A stretch of DNA of 63,965 bases, counting the filler. It is 4 parts of 4 records of this genome, joined end to end, with 100 filler letters (N's around TTAATTAATTAA, not from the genome) between each part and the next. Parts side by side here need not be neighbours in the genome. Positions count along the whole stretch, not along the records: positions 1 to 29,680 come from DRR378314_1754; 3 more parts are not named here. One strand, written 5' to 3'. The translations under genes and the position numbers were made by a program. The notes beneath the pieces are model-generated. The model saw nothing but the letters and a program-made list of their open reading frames with translations. It was not told the origin of the DNA and searched no databases. Below, piece by piece: positions 9,662-20,561 of this stretch; within the stretch, counting starts at the first letter, position 1; the number at the start of each line of letters is the position of its first letter.

Positions 9662-12600
9662 TGAAAGCAAAAACGGTTTGTTTTTATTGTATTAGAAAGT
9701 TATGGCAAGTATTTGCTGTAACGCTAGTACTGTTGGCCGTTATTGTATCTGTTTTAAAATATACGCTTCCTTATGCGAATGATTATAAAGGTGACTTAGA
9801 AGGTTATCTTTATGAAAAGTTTGCAGTTAACTTATCCATCGGTGCTATTTCAGCAAGTTGGCAGGGCAAAGGCCCTGCCATCGTAATGGAAGAGATATCT
9901 TTTGAAGATAACACCACTTCACCCATAGCGCTGACAATAGCGAAAGCCAGCCTAGAGCTTAACCTGTGGGAAAGCATTAAAACGCAGCAATTAAAGTCTA
10001 ATTACTTTGTGATCAATGGCTTTCATGCCAATGTAAATCTCCCTTCGCTGCTTGATGCAGGTGAAGGCGAGGTAGCGTTTGAGCAAAAGGAACTCATTGA
10101 GGGCTTGTTTTTAGGTGATACGGGCCATTTTGCTGTAGAAAACAGTAGTATCAATTTTTTGATGGGCGATGGTAAAGAACGTCGTTTAATTTTAGAAAAT
10201 ATAGTGTGGCAAAACAAACCGAAGCAACATAGTGGTAGCGGTACCTTAGCACTACCAGGTATTTCTGTAGGCACCTTTGATGCCCGCATTGCACTGACAG
10301 GTAAAACGTTAGAAGCAATGGCTGGCGATATTTACGTCCAAGCAAGTCAGGTTGATATTTCCAAATGGGTTGCGCAATACAGCAATAAAGACAAACATGA
10401 ATTGAAGTCAAACCTTAATCTAGAATCTTGGATGAGTATTGAAAAAGGCTTAATCACGGATGTTAAAGTTAAATGGCTACCTAGTTTTATAAACTGGCAG
10501 CAAGGCAATGAAGCAAAGCCTCATCAGTTAAGCATTAGCGAAGGCGGCTTTCATTTATTTCCGTGGCAACAAGGCTGGCGTTTAAAAAGTACGGGATTAG
10601 CTGTGAACAGTTTGCAGCATAGTTGGCCTAACGTGAAGTTTGAGGCACAGCTTGGCAAACAAAAGCATTTTTGGTTACAAGAGTTTGACCTCGATTTAGC
10701 CACTAAATTAGCTCAGCTAAGTAACTTTTCAGTGTTAGATCCATTAATCACTCGCCAGCCAAGTGGTGTGATAGATAAAGCCTATGCATCCTTTAACTCA
10801 TCAGCAGATTGGCAGCTTTGGTTTGCAGCAGAGAATATCGGCTGGCTTGCCAATCAGGGAATACCTGGAGCGAATGAACTGCGTATCGAAGGGAACTTAA
10901 ACCAATCGCGTGGACGGGTTAGTTTATTTGGTGAAAACAATGTGTTGTTAACGCAAGACACATTTTCTCAACCCATTAAATACTCGCAGCTCAATGTGGA
11001 AATTGATGCATTGCACACGCCTCAAGGCTGGCAGATAAGCAGTGATAATATATGGCTAGATAATAAAGAGCTTACACTAGCAGCAGAAATGAAGGTCAGT
11101 GTGGGTGAACAGCCTAGACTGGATTTGTACGCAGAGGTTTATGCACCGGATGCAAGTATTGCAGGGCATTACTTTCCATTACCAGTAATGAGTGAAAACC
11201 TAGTTAGTTATTTAAATGGAGCAATAAAACAAGGTGAATTAACTCAAGCACAAGTATTGTTTTCAGGACCGTTGTCGGGTTTTCCATTTACAGACAACTC
11301 AGGGCAATTTGAAGTGATGGCGCAAGTTGATAATGCGACGTACCAATTTGCGCCGGACTGGCCTGAAGTAACGCAAGCCAGTGCGCAATTACACTTTGAA
11401 AATGAGCGGATGGATATCTACACTCAACAAGGTCAGTTAATCAATTTGGCCGTAGATGATGGCGTACATGTAAGTATTGCTGACTTAATGAATGCTGATA
11501 CCTTATCCGTTAAGATTAAAAAGCGTGCTGATGCACAGTCTTTATTACCTTTTTTCAGCGCGACTCCGCTTAAGCAACCTCTGGCGAATGTATTTTCAGT
11601 GATTCAAGGACAAGGCAGTGCAAATGCTGATATAGAATTGACTGTTGATTTAAATGAATTGAATGTTAATGCCAAAGGCGTTGTTTCACTAAAGGATATG
11701 CCAATTTATTTGTCTCAGCCAGGTTTACAATTATCAGGTGTTAATGGGAGGCTGTACTTTAATGATGATCATGTGGCTTTAAAAAGCGCAACGGCAAACT
11801 GGCTCGGCATGCCCATTAAATTTGATTTTGATGGCAAAAACATCGGTGAAACCTACCGTGGTGAAATTAATATCGTTGCACAGGTTAATACAGACACTTT
11901 AATCGCAGAAGCGCAGGGCTTGTTTCAGGGTTACTTAAAGGGTGAAAGCGACCTTGCGATTGATGTCACATTAAACTTTTTGCCTTCGGGGTTCAATTAC
12001 CTCGCTGAAGTAAATTCACAGCTTATAGGGCTGAAAAGTGAATTACCTGCACCCTATACTAAAAATGCTGATCAACCGTGGGAACTTAAGGCACAGGTTC
12101 AGGGTGATGATATATCTAATTTGATCACTGCAAATATAAATGATCAGATTTACTTTAATGCTATTTTAGCAAATGCCAGCGCTAAAATGACGAATGCACA
12201 CCTAATTTTGGGGTCGCAGGACTTAGGGTTGAATAGAGAAGATTTCACTGTTTCTATAAATTTAGAGGAAACCCCATTATTGTCTTGGGTTACGCTGATT
12301 GATCAAATTATTACTGTAAGCCAAGTTGAAACACAAAGTGAAGGTGTGCTTCCTCCATTGAAAGAAGTGGTGGGGCAAATAAATCGTTTAACCGTTGCTG
12401 ATATTGTTTTTAATGATTTTGAAATGCGGTTAAAACCTAAGTCAAATGAGCTCAACTTAAGGCTGAATGCAAAAGAGCTACGCTCACAAATTAGTATTCC
12501 TATTAATCAAACTAGTCGTCCTATTCAAGTGACCAGTGATTACTTACGGTTAAACTTTCTTTCTAAACCTGATGAAGAGCCTGTGGAGCAAGAGAATGTG

Positions 12601-13524
12601 GCATCAGTTGAAGATTTAGCCTGGTTAAATAACATCCCTGCGATTGAGTTTAACTGTTTAGATTGTAAAGTAGATAGCTATCAACTGGATAATGTAAGTG
12701 CGTCCTTATTTGGCGATGGTACACAGTTACTGATCCCAGAGCTTGTCGTTGATAAAGGAGAGCATATTCTGCGTGCTAAAGGGCAGTGGAAAAATGGTCA
12801 AACACGCCTTAATGGCAATATGCAAAGTGATGACATAGGTGAACTGTTTGATGAGTTTGATATTACCACCACGGTGAAGGACTCTGATGCTGACATTACT
12901 TTTGATTTAGCATGGCAAGGCGCACCTTACCAATTTGATATACCCACATTATCGGGTGATTTAGCATGGAACTTAGAAGATGGTCACCTTGCAGAAATAA
13001 GTGATGGCGGAGCGCGGGTTTTTTCATTGCTGAGCCTAGATTCACTAGTGCGCAAGTTAAAACTTGATTTTAGAGACGTATTCTCCAAAGGCTTTTTTTA
13101 CAATAGCTTTCAAGGCAGCATGCAATTAGATAAAGGTGTTGCCTATACTCAAGATACCAAAATGGATGGGGTGCCAGCGGATTTGACGATTAAAGGGCAC
13201 ACAAACTTAAACACCATGGAAATCAATTATGACTTGGCTGTTGCGCCACAAGTAACATCAAGTATTCCGGTTATTGTTGCATGGATGGTAAACCCAGTAA
13301 CGGGTTTGGCAGCGTTGGCTATTGATAAGGTGATTCACTCTGCGCGTGTAATATCTGAGATCAACTTTAAAGTAACGGGCAGTATGAGCGACCCTGTTGT
13401 ACAAGAGGTCGATAGAAAAAGCCGTGAGGTTGAGCTTCCTCAAGCGGCTCAAAATCAACCTGAAGATGGGTCTCAGGCACGTGAATTAAAGCTCAAAGAT
13501 GCAGCGGTAACGGCAACACAATGA
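9661..13524 (+). CDS. yhdP: YhdP / AsmA-like phospholipid transport protein
   Basis: 1287 aa, N-terminal TM anchor, beta-rich, C-terminal RKL.LDFRDVFSKGFFY; canonical position between rng and nit/tldD. Confidence 0.93.
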   Translation: MKAKTVCFYCIRKLWQVFAVTLVLLAVIVSVLKYTLPYANDYKGDLEGYLYEKFAVNLSIGAISASWQGKGPAIVMEEISFEDNTTSPIALTIAKASLELNLWESIKTQQLKSNYFVINGFHANVNLPSLLDAGEGEVAFEQKELIEGLFLGDTGHFAVENSSINFLMGDGKERRLILENIVWQNKPKQHSGSGTLALPGISVGTFDARIALTGKTLEAMAGDIYVQASQVDISKWVAQYSNKDKHELKSNLNLESWMSIEKGLITDVKVKWLPSFINWQQGNEAKPHQLSISEGGFHLFPWQQGWRLKSTGLAVNSLQHSWPNVKFEAQLGKQKHFWLQEFDLDLATKLAQLSNFSVLDPLITRQPSGVIDKAYASFNSSADWQLWFAAENIGWLANQGIPGANELRIEGNLNQSRGRVSLFGENNVLLTQDTFSQPIKYSQLNVEIDALHTPQGWQISSDNIWLDNKELTLAAEMKVSVGEQPRLDLYAEVYAPDASIAGHYFPLPVMSENLVSYLNGAIKQGELTQAQVLFSGPLSGFPFTDNSGQFEVMAQVDNATYQFAPDWPEVTQASAQLHFENERMDIYTQQGQLINLAVDDGVHVSIADLMNADTLSVKIKKRADAQSLLPFFSATPLKQPLANVFSVIQGQGSANADIELTVDLNELNVNAKGVVSLKDMPIYLSQPGLQLSGVNGRLYFNDDHVALKSATANWLGMPIKFDFDGKNIGETYRGEINIVAQVNTDTLIAEAQGLFQGYLKGESDLAIDVTLNFLPSGFNYLAEVNSQLIGLKSELPAPYTKNADQPWELKAQVQGDDISNLITANINDQIYFNAILANASAKMTNAHLILGSQDLGLNREDFTVSINLEETPLLSWVTLIDQIITVSQVETQSEGVLPPLKEVVGQINRLTVADIVFNDFEMRLKPKSNELNLRLNAKELRSQISIPINQTSRPIQVTSDYLRLNFLSKPDEEPVEQENVASVEDLAWLNNIPAIEFNCLDCKVDSYQLDNVSASLFGDGTQLLIPELVVDKGEHILRAKGQWKNGQTRLNGNMQSDDIGELFDEFDITTTVKDSDADITFDLAWQGAPYQFDIPTLSGDLAWNLEDGHLAEISDGGARVFSLLSLDSLVRKLKLDFRDVFSKGFFYNSFQGSMQLDKGVAYTQDTKMDGVPADLTIKGHTNLNTMEINYDLAVAPQVTSSIPVIVAWMVNPVTGLAALAIDKVIHSARVISEINFKVTGSMSDPVVQEVDRKSREVELPQAAQNQPEDGSQARELKLKDAAVTATQ

Positions 13525-14357
13525 GTTATACATCGCCTTCATCGGGTCATATCATTGCGCTACAGATGTGTTCCGGCATCAATGCTCAAGAAAACCTTGC
13601 TCAGTTAGAGCAGCAGCTGTGTAGCTTACCCAGCACTCGCCCGTTATTAGTGTGTTTACCCGAAAGCTTTTTAGTGTTTGCCAAGTCGGGTGCAGATACT
13701 CTCGCCGTAGCTCAAAAAAGTGATAAATATCAGGCACAATTAAGCCAGCTTTGTTGTAAATATGATATTTGGCTAGCGGCAGGCACACTGCCTATCGCCA
13801 CTGACAACAATAAATACTATGCTGCGTCACTTCTATTTAATAGCCTAGGCGATGTAGTTGCACGCTACAATAAAATTCACTTATTTGATGTGGATGTCGC
13901 AGATGGCACCGGCGCTTATCGCGAATCAAACTTTACGCAAGCAGGTAATGACGTAGTGGTGGTTGATTCCCCTTTTGGTAAAATAGGCCTCACAGTATGC
14001 TATGATCTACGCTTTAGTGGCTTATTTAGTGCATTACAACGTGCTGGAGCAGAAGTTATTTTAGTGCCCAGTGCGTTCACCACAGTGACAGGCGCAGCGC
14101 ATTGGCAACCACTTTTAACAGCGCGAGCGATAGAAACACAAAGTTACGTGATTGCCGCAGCACAAGTAGGTCAACATGAGAATGGTCGAGCGACATATGG
14201 CCATAGTTTAATTATTTCTCCTTGGGGCAATATCCTCAGTGAGCTAAAAAATGGCGTTGGGTTTATTGGTTGCCAACCAGACTTATCCCAACTACATGCC
14301 ATTAGACGAGATATGCCAGTGCAATCTCACCAACGATTTAGAGAGCATTTATTATGA
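13521..14357 (+). CDS. Carbon-nitrogen hydrolase (Nit1-like deaminated glutathione amidase)
   Basis: E-K-C triad motifs [11 protein letters not shown] and VCYDLRF, plus ARAIETQ and GHSLII.PWG. Confidence 0.93.
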   Translation: MSYTSPSSGHIIALQMCSGINAQENLAQLEQQLCSLPSTRPLLVCLPESFLVFAKSGADTLAVAQKSDKYQAQLSQLCCKYDIWLAAGTLPIATDNNKYYAASLLFNSLGDVVARYNKIHLFDVDVADGTGAYRESNFTQAGNDVVVVDSPFGKIGLTVCYDLRFSGLFSALQRAGAEVILVPSAFTTVTGAAHWQPLLTARAIETQSYVIAAAQVGQHENGRATYGHSLIISPWGNILSELKNGVGFIGCQPDLSQLHAIRRDMPVQSHQRFREHLL

Positions 14358-15793
14358 ACACGGTTGAACAGCATTTATTACACGACAGCCAGCTAAATCG
14401 AGAAGAACTCGAAAAAACGCTTAGCTTTATTCATCAACACAATGTTGATTACGCAGATCTCTACTTTCAATCAAGCCACCATGAATCTTGGGTACTAGAG
14501 GATGGTTTGGTAAAAGAAGGCTCTTACAATGTAGAGCGTGGGGTTGGCGTACGCGCGGTGAGCGGTGAAAAAACCGGTTTTTCATACTCAGATGCTATTA
14601 ATCTTGAAGCGCTTAATAAAGCAGCCACAGCTGCACGAAGTATTGCTGATGCTGGTGAAAACAAAGCCGTTCAAGTGTTTAGTGATACTGCAGCAAAACA
14701 ACAGTATGCGCCACATCAACCTATTCAAAGCATGAGCGATAACGATAAAGTCAGCTTATTGCGAGAGCTTGAAAATTACATCCGCGAATTAGCCCCTGAT
14801 GCCGAGCAGGTGATTAGCTCTATGTCGGCGGTATACGAAGAAGTGTTGATTGCTGCCAGTGATGGCACCTTTGCCACCGATATTCGCCCGCTGATCCGTT
14901 TAAACTGTTCTGTATTGCTAGAGAAAAATGGCCGCCGTGAACGTGGTGGTGCTGGTGGCGGTGCGCGTTTAGATTATGGTTACTTTAAAGAGCTAGAAGA
15001 TGGCAAACCGCGCTGGATGGGCTTTGCAGAAGAGGCTGTGCGTCAAGCTAAAGTAAACTTAGAAGCCATTGATGCGCCAGCTGGCACAATGGAAGTGGTA
15101 CTTGGCGCAGGTTGGCCCGGTGTTCTACTTCATGAAGCGGTAGGTCATGGACTAGAAGGCGATTTTAATCGCAAAGGTGCATCAGCATTTAGTGGGAAAG
15201 TTGGTGAAAAAGTCGCGTCTGAGCTATGTACAGTCGTTGATGATGGCACTATTGCTGATCGCCGTGGTTCATTGAACGTTGATGATGAAGGCACACCAGC
15301 TGCTTACAATGTGCTTATTGAAAACGGTATTCTAAAAGGCTATATGCAAGATAAAATGAACGCGCGGTTGATGGGGGTAAACCCAACAGGTAACGCACGT
15401 CGTGAGTCATACGCGCATTTACCTATGCCACGTATGACCAACACCTATATGTTAGGCGGAGAGCACAGCCAAGCCGATATTATCAGTACAGTTAAAAAAG
15501 GTATTTTTGCGCCAAACTTTGGTGGTGGCCAGGTTGATATCACCTCAGGCAAGTTTGTATTTAGTGCCTCAGAAGCCTATTTAATCGAGAACGGTAAAAT
15601 TACCCAGCCTATTAAAGGGGCAACATTAATTGGTAATGGCCCTGAGGTTATGCAACAAATCTCTATGGTAGGTAATGATTTAGCGCTTGATAAAGGCGTG
15701 GGTGTTTGTGGTAAAGACGGTCAAAGTGTCCCAGTAGGTGTTGGCCAGCCAAGCCTGAAAATTGATCAGTTAACGGTAGGTGGTACAGCATAA
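14354..15793 (+). CDS. tldD: Metalloprotease TldD
   Basis: [22 protein letters not shown] and [11 protein letters not shown] motifs. Confidence 0.98.
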   Translation: MNTVEQHLLHDSQLNREELEKTLSFIHQHNVDYADLYFQSSHHESWVLEDGLVKEGSYNVERGVGVRAVSGEKTGFSYSDAINLEALNKAATAARSIADAGENKAVQVFSDTAAKQQYAPHQPIQSMSDNDKVSLLRELENYIRELAPDAEQVISSMSAVYEEVLIAASDGTFATDIRPLIRLNCSVLLEKNGRRERGGAGGGARLDYGYFKELEDGKPRWMGFAEEAVRQAKVNLEAIDAPAGTMEVVLGAGWPGVLLHEAVGHGLEGDFNRKGASAFSGKVGEKVASELCTVVDDGTIADRRGSLNVDDEGTPAAYNVLIENGILKGYMQDKMNARLMGVNPTGNARRESYAHLPMPRMTNTYMLGGEHSQADIISTVKKGIFAPNFGGGQVDITSGKFVFSASEAYLIENGKITQPIKGATLIGNGPEVMQQISMVGNDLALDKGVGVCGKDGQSVPVGVGQPSLKIDQLTVGGTA

Positions 15794-15817
15794 TAAGAAA
15801 TATCAGGCTAGGCTGGT

Positions 15818-16522
15818 TTACTGATTATCCAGCTTAGTCAAACCACGGTTTAATATTTCGAGATACTTCAAGCTGCTAGGGTGAACTTTAGAAAAAGCCA
15901 CAAAAATTTCTATTGAATCGCCAGGAGGCCCCTTGATGAGCTCATTTTCTAGGTTGTTTGTAGTGATGAGCTCTTCTGCAATGTCGTCAAAAAGGATGAG
16001 TGCATCTAGTCGGTGAGAGGAAAGCTTTTTAAGGTTTTGCTCATGGTTTTTAACTCGTTCAATTTTAAGCCCAACTTCATTCTTATCAATAAAGTCACCG
16101 TAGTCATAACCAATAATAGCCCCAATGCGAGTGTTTTTATTTAACTCTTCTTTAGTACCTATAATAAGCGGTTTATTATGCCAATAATAAAAGTGCGATT
16201 TAACGGTATATAAAGGTGATTTGTGAAATAAAAATTGCTCTTTGGTCTCATCAGTCTTAGCTACGTTTACGCCTAAAATAGCATTGCCAGTTTTTAATAA
16301 ATTAAGAATTCTAGCGAAAGGCAGCACTTTAATGTTTACCTTTACGCCTTCAAGCGCAAAAGCTTCTATAACTTTTTGATTGCTTATCCCTGATCCGTCA
16401 GCGTATGAGTATGGAGGCCAGCCATCTTCTGCGTATAACGTGATGCCTGCATCATTCGCTAGTAAGTTCATGCTACACACTATAGTAAATAAAACTGAGA
16501 TTTTAAAAAATAATGCTTTCAT
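15818..16522 (-). CDS. Periplasmic substrate-binding protein (family 3 / PBP2 type), not linked to an ABC transporter here
   Basis: Signal peptide; WPPYS, LPFARIL, GYDYG, RLDALI and AFSK patterns typical of Alteromonadales SBP_bac_3 proteins. Confidence 0.8.
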   Translation of the reverse strand: MKALFFKISVLFTIVCSMNLLANDAGITLYAEDGWPPYSYADGSGISNQKVIEAFALEGVKVNIKVLPFARILNLLKTGNAILGVNVAKTDETKEQFLFHKSPLYTVKSHFYYWHNKPLIIGTKEELNKNTRIGAIIGYDYGDFIDKNEVGLKIERVKNHEQNLKKLSSHRLDALILFDDIAEELITTNNLENELIKGPPGDSIEIFVAFSKVHPSSLKYLEILNRGLTKLDNQ

Positions 16523-16578
16523 ATTTTTTGTAATCCGAAAAATAAACTAAAGTTGTATAAAAGAGTAGCAGAGAGAAT

Positions 16579-18588
16579 GTGTATATGCCGCAATTTGCAG
16601 CATTAAAGTCTGATTTAATTTTTCAATTTAAGCACAGTAATTTATCCAAAAAATTACTGTCCTATATATTACTTTTTAGCTCATTGTTTGCTGCTTTGGC
16701 AACGGTTTTACAAATTACGTGGGATTTTAATAATCGAGTTGAACAAATAAATAGCTCGCTTAGTTATATTGATATCAGCTTCACTAAGCCGCTTGCACAA
16801 AGTTTATGGAATTTTGACGAAGAGCAATTAACTATATTGATCCACGGCGTTGAAGATATCCCCGATATTGATTCATTAAAAATAGAGCAGGTTATTCAAG
16901 GTGAGCGAACGACTTTTTATGATTCTGGAACTGATGATTCAGGTTCAGTTCTCGCTGCAAGTTTCACTTTAAATTATGAAGAGACACTCGTTGGTGAGCT
17001 GCATGTTTCGGCATCATTAACGAAGGTTTATGGTGAGTTATTAAGAAAGTCGGTATTAATTTTATTTATTCAGTTTATTAAAACGATTATTGTTTCTGCT
17101 TGTGTGTTACTTGTTATGTACTATCTGCTTATCAGACACTTAAACTTTATTGTTAATTTTTTAAGAAGTACACCATTTGTCCCAGGTTCCGTGCCGGAAT
17201 TACGTTTACCTGGGCGCGAAAAATGCCAAAACGATAAAGCCGATGAGCTAGATGAGTTAGCTAGTGCTTTTAATCGTTTACATCAAGAAATAAGCTCAAC
17301 AATGAATGAACGACAAAAAATTATTGAACTACTTCAAGATGAGCAAGATTTTTCTGAAACAGTAATTGAAACAATGTCTTCATTATTGGTGTGTACCGAT
17401 GAGAATTTTGTAATCCAACGTTTTAACAAAGCTGTTGAGCAAGTGCTCGCGATGGAAAATACTCAAATTAAAGGGCAGCTGTGGCAACAGCTTTTTACAC
17501 AAAATAGAGATTTTAAAAATGTTAGTGATAAATTTTTATCATCAAGAAAACAGCATGTAATACAGCTTAAAATAAGCACCGTCAATAACAATGAAGAGGT
17601 CATAGAGTGGCAATGCGCACCCATCTACCATAAAGGTAGACTTGCAGCCTATATTTTTAATGGTCACGTAATTACTCCTCTTATTCAAGCTGAGATAGCT
17701 TTAACCGATCTAAATCAGCAGCTTGAAGAGAAGGTGATACAAAGGACAGAGAAATTAAACGAAAGTAATCAAATACTTAAAAATACGCTGGATGAACTTA
17801 AATTTACACAGTCGCACTTGCTTGAATCAGAAAAAATGGCCTCATTAGGTGGTTTAGTAGCAGGTGTTGCCCATGAAATAAATACCCCTTTAGGTGTGAG
17901 TATTACTACTGCAAGCTATGTAAAAGAACAAGTTAAAAATATGACAGATAAGTATGCTCAGGGGAAAGTGTCTAAAAGTGATTTTGGTTGTTTTTTAGAT
18001 AACATGGCTCAGTCAACCCAATTAATTGAACATAATCTTCATCGTGCAGCGGAATTAGTTTCAAGCTTTAAACAAGTTGCTGTCGATCAGGTTTCAGAGC
18101 AAAGTTACCGCTTTAATATACGCACAAATTTAGAGCAGATCATTCAATCACTTTCACATGAAATAAAGCAATCTAATTGTACCGTGAAGATTAACTGCCC
18201 AGAAAGCATAGAGATTGATAGTTATCCAAGTCATTTTATTCAAATTTACACCAATTTAATCTGCAACTCTATTATTCATGGATTCAAAGATTGGGGCGCA
18301 GAAAAGGTAATATCTATTAATGTCAGTCAAGAGCAGCAAAAAATAAAAATCATATACCAAGATACTGGCTGTGGCCTAACGCCAGAGATGAAAAATAAGA
18401 TATTTGATCCTTTTGTAACCTCAAAAAGAGGAGCGGGTTGTTGCGGCTTAGGCACACATATTGTTTATAACTTAGTAACTCAGCTGTTTGCAGGAACAAT
18501 TACATGCCATTCAGAACTGAATAAAGGGATAGATTTTATTATTGAGTTACCTATTAGAGAGCAAAATGTAGAAGTACAGCCTTGTTAG
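16579..18588 (+). CDS. Membrane sensor histidine kinase (periplasmic domain, HAMP, PAS, HisKA, HATPase)
   Basis: Two TMs, HAMP DELDELA.AFN, PAS, H-box EKMASLG.LVAGVAHEINTPLG, N-box NLI.NS..HG, D.G.G, IFDPF.TSK. Confidence 0.92.
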   Translation: MYMPQFAALKSDLIFQFKHSNLSKKLLSYILLFSSLFAALATVLQITWDFNNRVEQINSSLSYIDISFTKPLAQSLWNFDEEQLTILIHGVEDIPDIDSLKIEQVIQGERTTFYDSGTDDSGSVLAASFTLNYEETLVGELHVSASLTKVYGELLRKSVLILFIQFIKTIIVSACVLLVMYYLLIRHLNFIVNFLRSTPFVPGSVPELRLPGREKCQNDKADELDELASAFNRLHQEISSTMNERQKIIELLQDEQDFSETVIETMSSLLVCTDENFVIQRFNKAVEQVLAMENTQIKGQLWQQLFTQNRDFKNVSDKFLSSRKQHVIQLKISTVNNNEEVIEWQCAPIYHKGRLAAYIFNGHVITPLIQAEIALTDLNQQLEEKVIQRTEKLNESNQILKNTLDELKFTQSHLLESEKMASLGGLVAGVAHEINTPLGVSITTASYVKEQVKNMTDKYAQGKVSKSDFGCFLDNMAQSTQLIEHNLHRAAELVSSFKQVAVDQVSEQSYRFNIRTNLEQIIQSLSHEIKQSNCTVKINCPESIEIDSYPSHFIQIYTNLICNSIIHGFKDWGAEKVISINVSQEQQKIKIIYQDTGCGLTPEMKNKIFDPFVTSKRGAGCCGLGTHIVYNLVTQLFAGTITCHSELNKGIDFIIELPIREQNVEVQPC

Positions 18589-18690
18589 GTAGGGCTTGTT
18601 TATTTACAGGGAACTTCTGAGTTTATTGATATGGCCCTAAAGAAGGAATAGTATGCTTGCATATTCAAATGAAAACAGATGTTATTTTTT

Positions 18691-19260
18691 ATGATTAAAA
18701 AATGTGTTTTTAGCCTAGCCCTTATTACTCTTAGCGGCTGTACGAGCCTATCGCAAGAAGAGTGCGCATACGCGAATTGGCAGCAGCTTGGCCATGATCA
18801 TGGCCAATCAGGAAAAACTTACAGCCAAGGTGTTGATACCGTAACAGCCTGTCAGGAGTTTGGTATTTCACCTGACGTTGCACAGTATAAAGAAGGTTAT
18901 GACAATGGCTTGCGATATTATTGTGAACCTGAAAATGGCTTTACTCTGGGTATCCGTGGCGAATCATATAATGGTGTGTGTAATAACACCCAGTTTAGAA
19001 AAGCGTGGCAAGAGGGTAATGATCGTTATCAGCTTGAGGAAAGAAAAGCTGAAATAGAGCAACGACTTGATGAAATAGATTGGCGGCTTAATACCATTAG
19101 GGATGAATTAAGTGCCGAAACGGTTGGCAGTAATAAACGTAAAGAGCTGCACCGGGAACGAAAAATGTTAGATGATGAGCGTGATGATTTAATAAGAGAA
19201 AGATCACTATTACCATTACTTAACAAGCTTCCCTCATTCCATGTTGAATATGAACTATAA
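18691..19260 (+). CDS. DUF2799-like lipoprotein with C-terminal coiled coil
   Basis: Lipobox LSGC; EEC..ANW..LG..HG, Y..GY..GL.YYC and Y.GVC pattern. Confidence 0.8.
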   Translation: MIKKCVFSLALITLSGCTSLSQEECAYANWQQLGHDHGQSGKTYSQGVDTVTACQEFGISPDVAQYKEGYDNGLRYYCEPENGFTLGIRGESYNGVCNNTQFRKAWQEGNDRYQLEERKAEIEQRLDEIDWRLNTIRDELSAETVGSNKRKELHRERKMLDDERDDLIRERSLLPLLNKLPSFHVEYEL

Positions 19261-19290
19261 TTTACTAGAAATTACCTTATTGGAGTTGTT

Positions 19291-19539
19291 ATGAAATTTT
19301 TATCTGTGTTAACTGTGTTTTTACTCCTAGCAGGGTGTGCATCACAAGAGGTAAAAGACGGCTATGAAAACGGGGTTTATGCAGAGCATGAGTGCCTAGG
19401 TGGTGAAGTAGAAACAGACTACAACTATACCATTTTTAGCACCGACAAAGATGAGGCAAACAAAAGTACTGTACAAACACATTGTCAGCCAGTAAAAACT
19501 GAAACTGAGTTTGAGCGAGATCTCCGAACCGGGGGCTAG
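19291..19539 (+). CDS. Small hypothetical lipoprotein
   Basis: GGAG RBS, lipobox LAGC, two further Cys. Confidence 0.75.
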   Translation: MKFLSVLTVFLLLAGCASQEVKDGYENGVYAEHECLGGEVETDYNYTIFSTDKDEANKSTVQTHCQPVKTETEFERDLRTGG

Positions 19540-19547
19540 CATTAAAA

Positions 19548-19583
19548 GCTTAGCTCACTTTGTTTTAATCAAGTTAGCTAAGC
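19548..19583. terminator. Hairpin between convergent genes (possible bidirectional terminator)
   Basis: GCTTAGCTCACTT...AAGTTAGCTAAGC, 13-bp arms with one mismatch. Confidence 0.45.
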
Positions 19584-19609
19584 CATACCCATACAGTGAC
19601 CTATTTTTG

Positions 19610-20446
19610 CTATATGGAAGAATTACTGCTTTGTTGTTTCGTAGCCTCACTGTACCAAAGCTGCATAAAGTACTCGGTTAATTTATGCTCTATTTCTAGT
19701 GCTTTTTCCGTTGGGCAAAATAGTGTAAAACTCGCCTTAAATTCACCTAATTCTGTGGTGCTAAAGTGTATTTCTGGTTCCGGGCCTGAAATTTTAGCGT
19801 CTAGCTTTCGCTCAATGATTGAGTTGTAACGCCCTGCCACATCTTCAAATTCCTCACAGTACTCCTTTGCTTTGTGAGTTAAAGTGGAGTAAATAGGGTA
19901 CGGGTTAAAGCTTTCCTTACGCACAATATTAAAGTGATGTGTGGTAAAGCGCTTCACAAAGTTTAAGTTTTTAATCGGGCTAGTGATCAGCTTATTGTTC
20001 GGAATAAAAATGGTCTTACGCGAAAACTGATAGGTGTGCATGTCAATTTCATGCATAGTGGTTTTGATCCAATCGGTTTCAGCAATTTCACCATAATACT
20101 CACCAACCTGCACCCAATCGCCAACCCGAAAAGGGCGAGTCGTCACTAAGTAAAAAAAGCCAATTACGCACTGAATAAACTCTCTTGTTGCCAGCACAAT
20201 GGCAACGGCAAATGCGGCAATTGATAGCGCAAAATTTTGAATTTCTGTTGACCACACGAACAATAATAGCAACACCATTACTAAGTTTATAAAGTGTTTA
20301 ATATTATGCGAGATATAGCGAATATCTTTCTCTTTCTTTTCGGCTCTGTGGCGCGCTAGCTTTGCAACAATAATCTTGAGGCTATACGCGATGGCAATTA
20401 TTACCAATGAAGCGAAAACAGGGTGGAGCAGCAAATCTGTATTCAT
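19610..20446 (-). CDS. MscS-family small-conductance mechanosensitive channel
   Basis: Three TMs, RPFRVGDWVQVG...GEI, IFIPN..L. Confidence 0.9.
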   Translation of the reverse strand: MNTDLLLHPVFASLVIIAIAYSLKIIVAKLARHRAEKKEKDIRYISHNIKHFINLVMVLLLLFVWSTEIQNFALSIAAFAVAIVLATREFIQCVIGFFYLVTTRPFRVGDWVQVGEYYGEIAETDWIKTTMHEIDMHTYQFSRKTIFIPNNKLITSPIKNLNFVKRFTTHHFNIVRKESFNPYPIYSTLTHKAKEYCEEFEDVAGRYNSIIERKLDAKISGPEPEIHFSTTELGEFKASFTLFCPTEKALEIEHKLTEYFMQLWYSEATKQQSSNSSI

Positions 20447-20561
20447 AAATTCCTAATTGATGGGACGTTAATAAGTATATCACTTGGCTATACTAGCTAA
20501 GTTTTGATGTTTCCACCACGAAGAAAATATTAACCTATGAGTGTGCGGTTTCTATGTTCTA

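Noticed and set aside
13521..15793. tldD plus nitrilase as a RiPP/microcin maturation cluster
   Set aside because: This is the conserved rng-yhdP-nit-tldD housekeeping order; no precursor peptide or YcaO gene is present.
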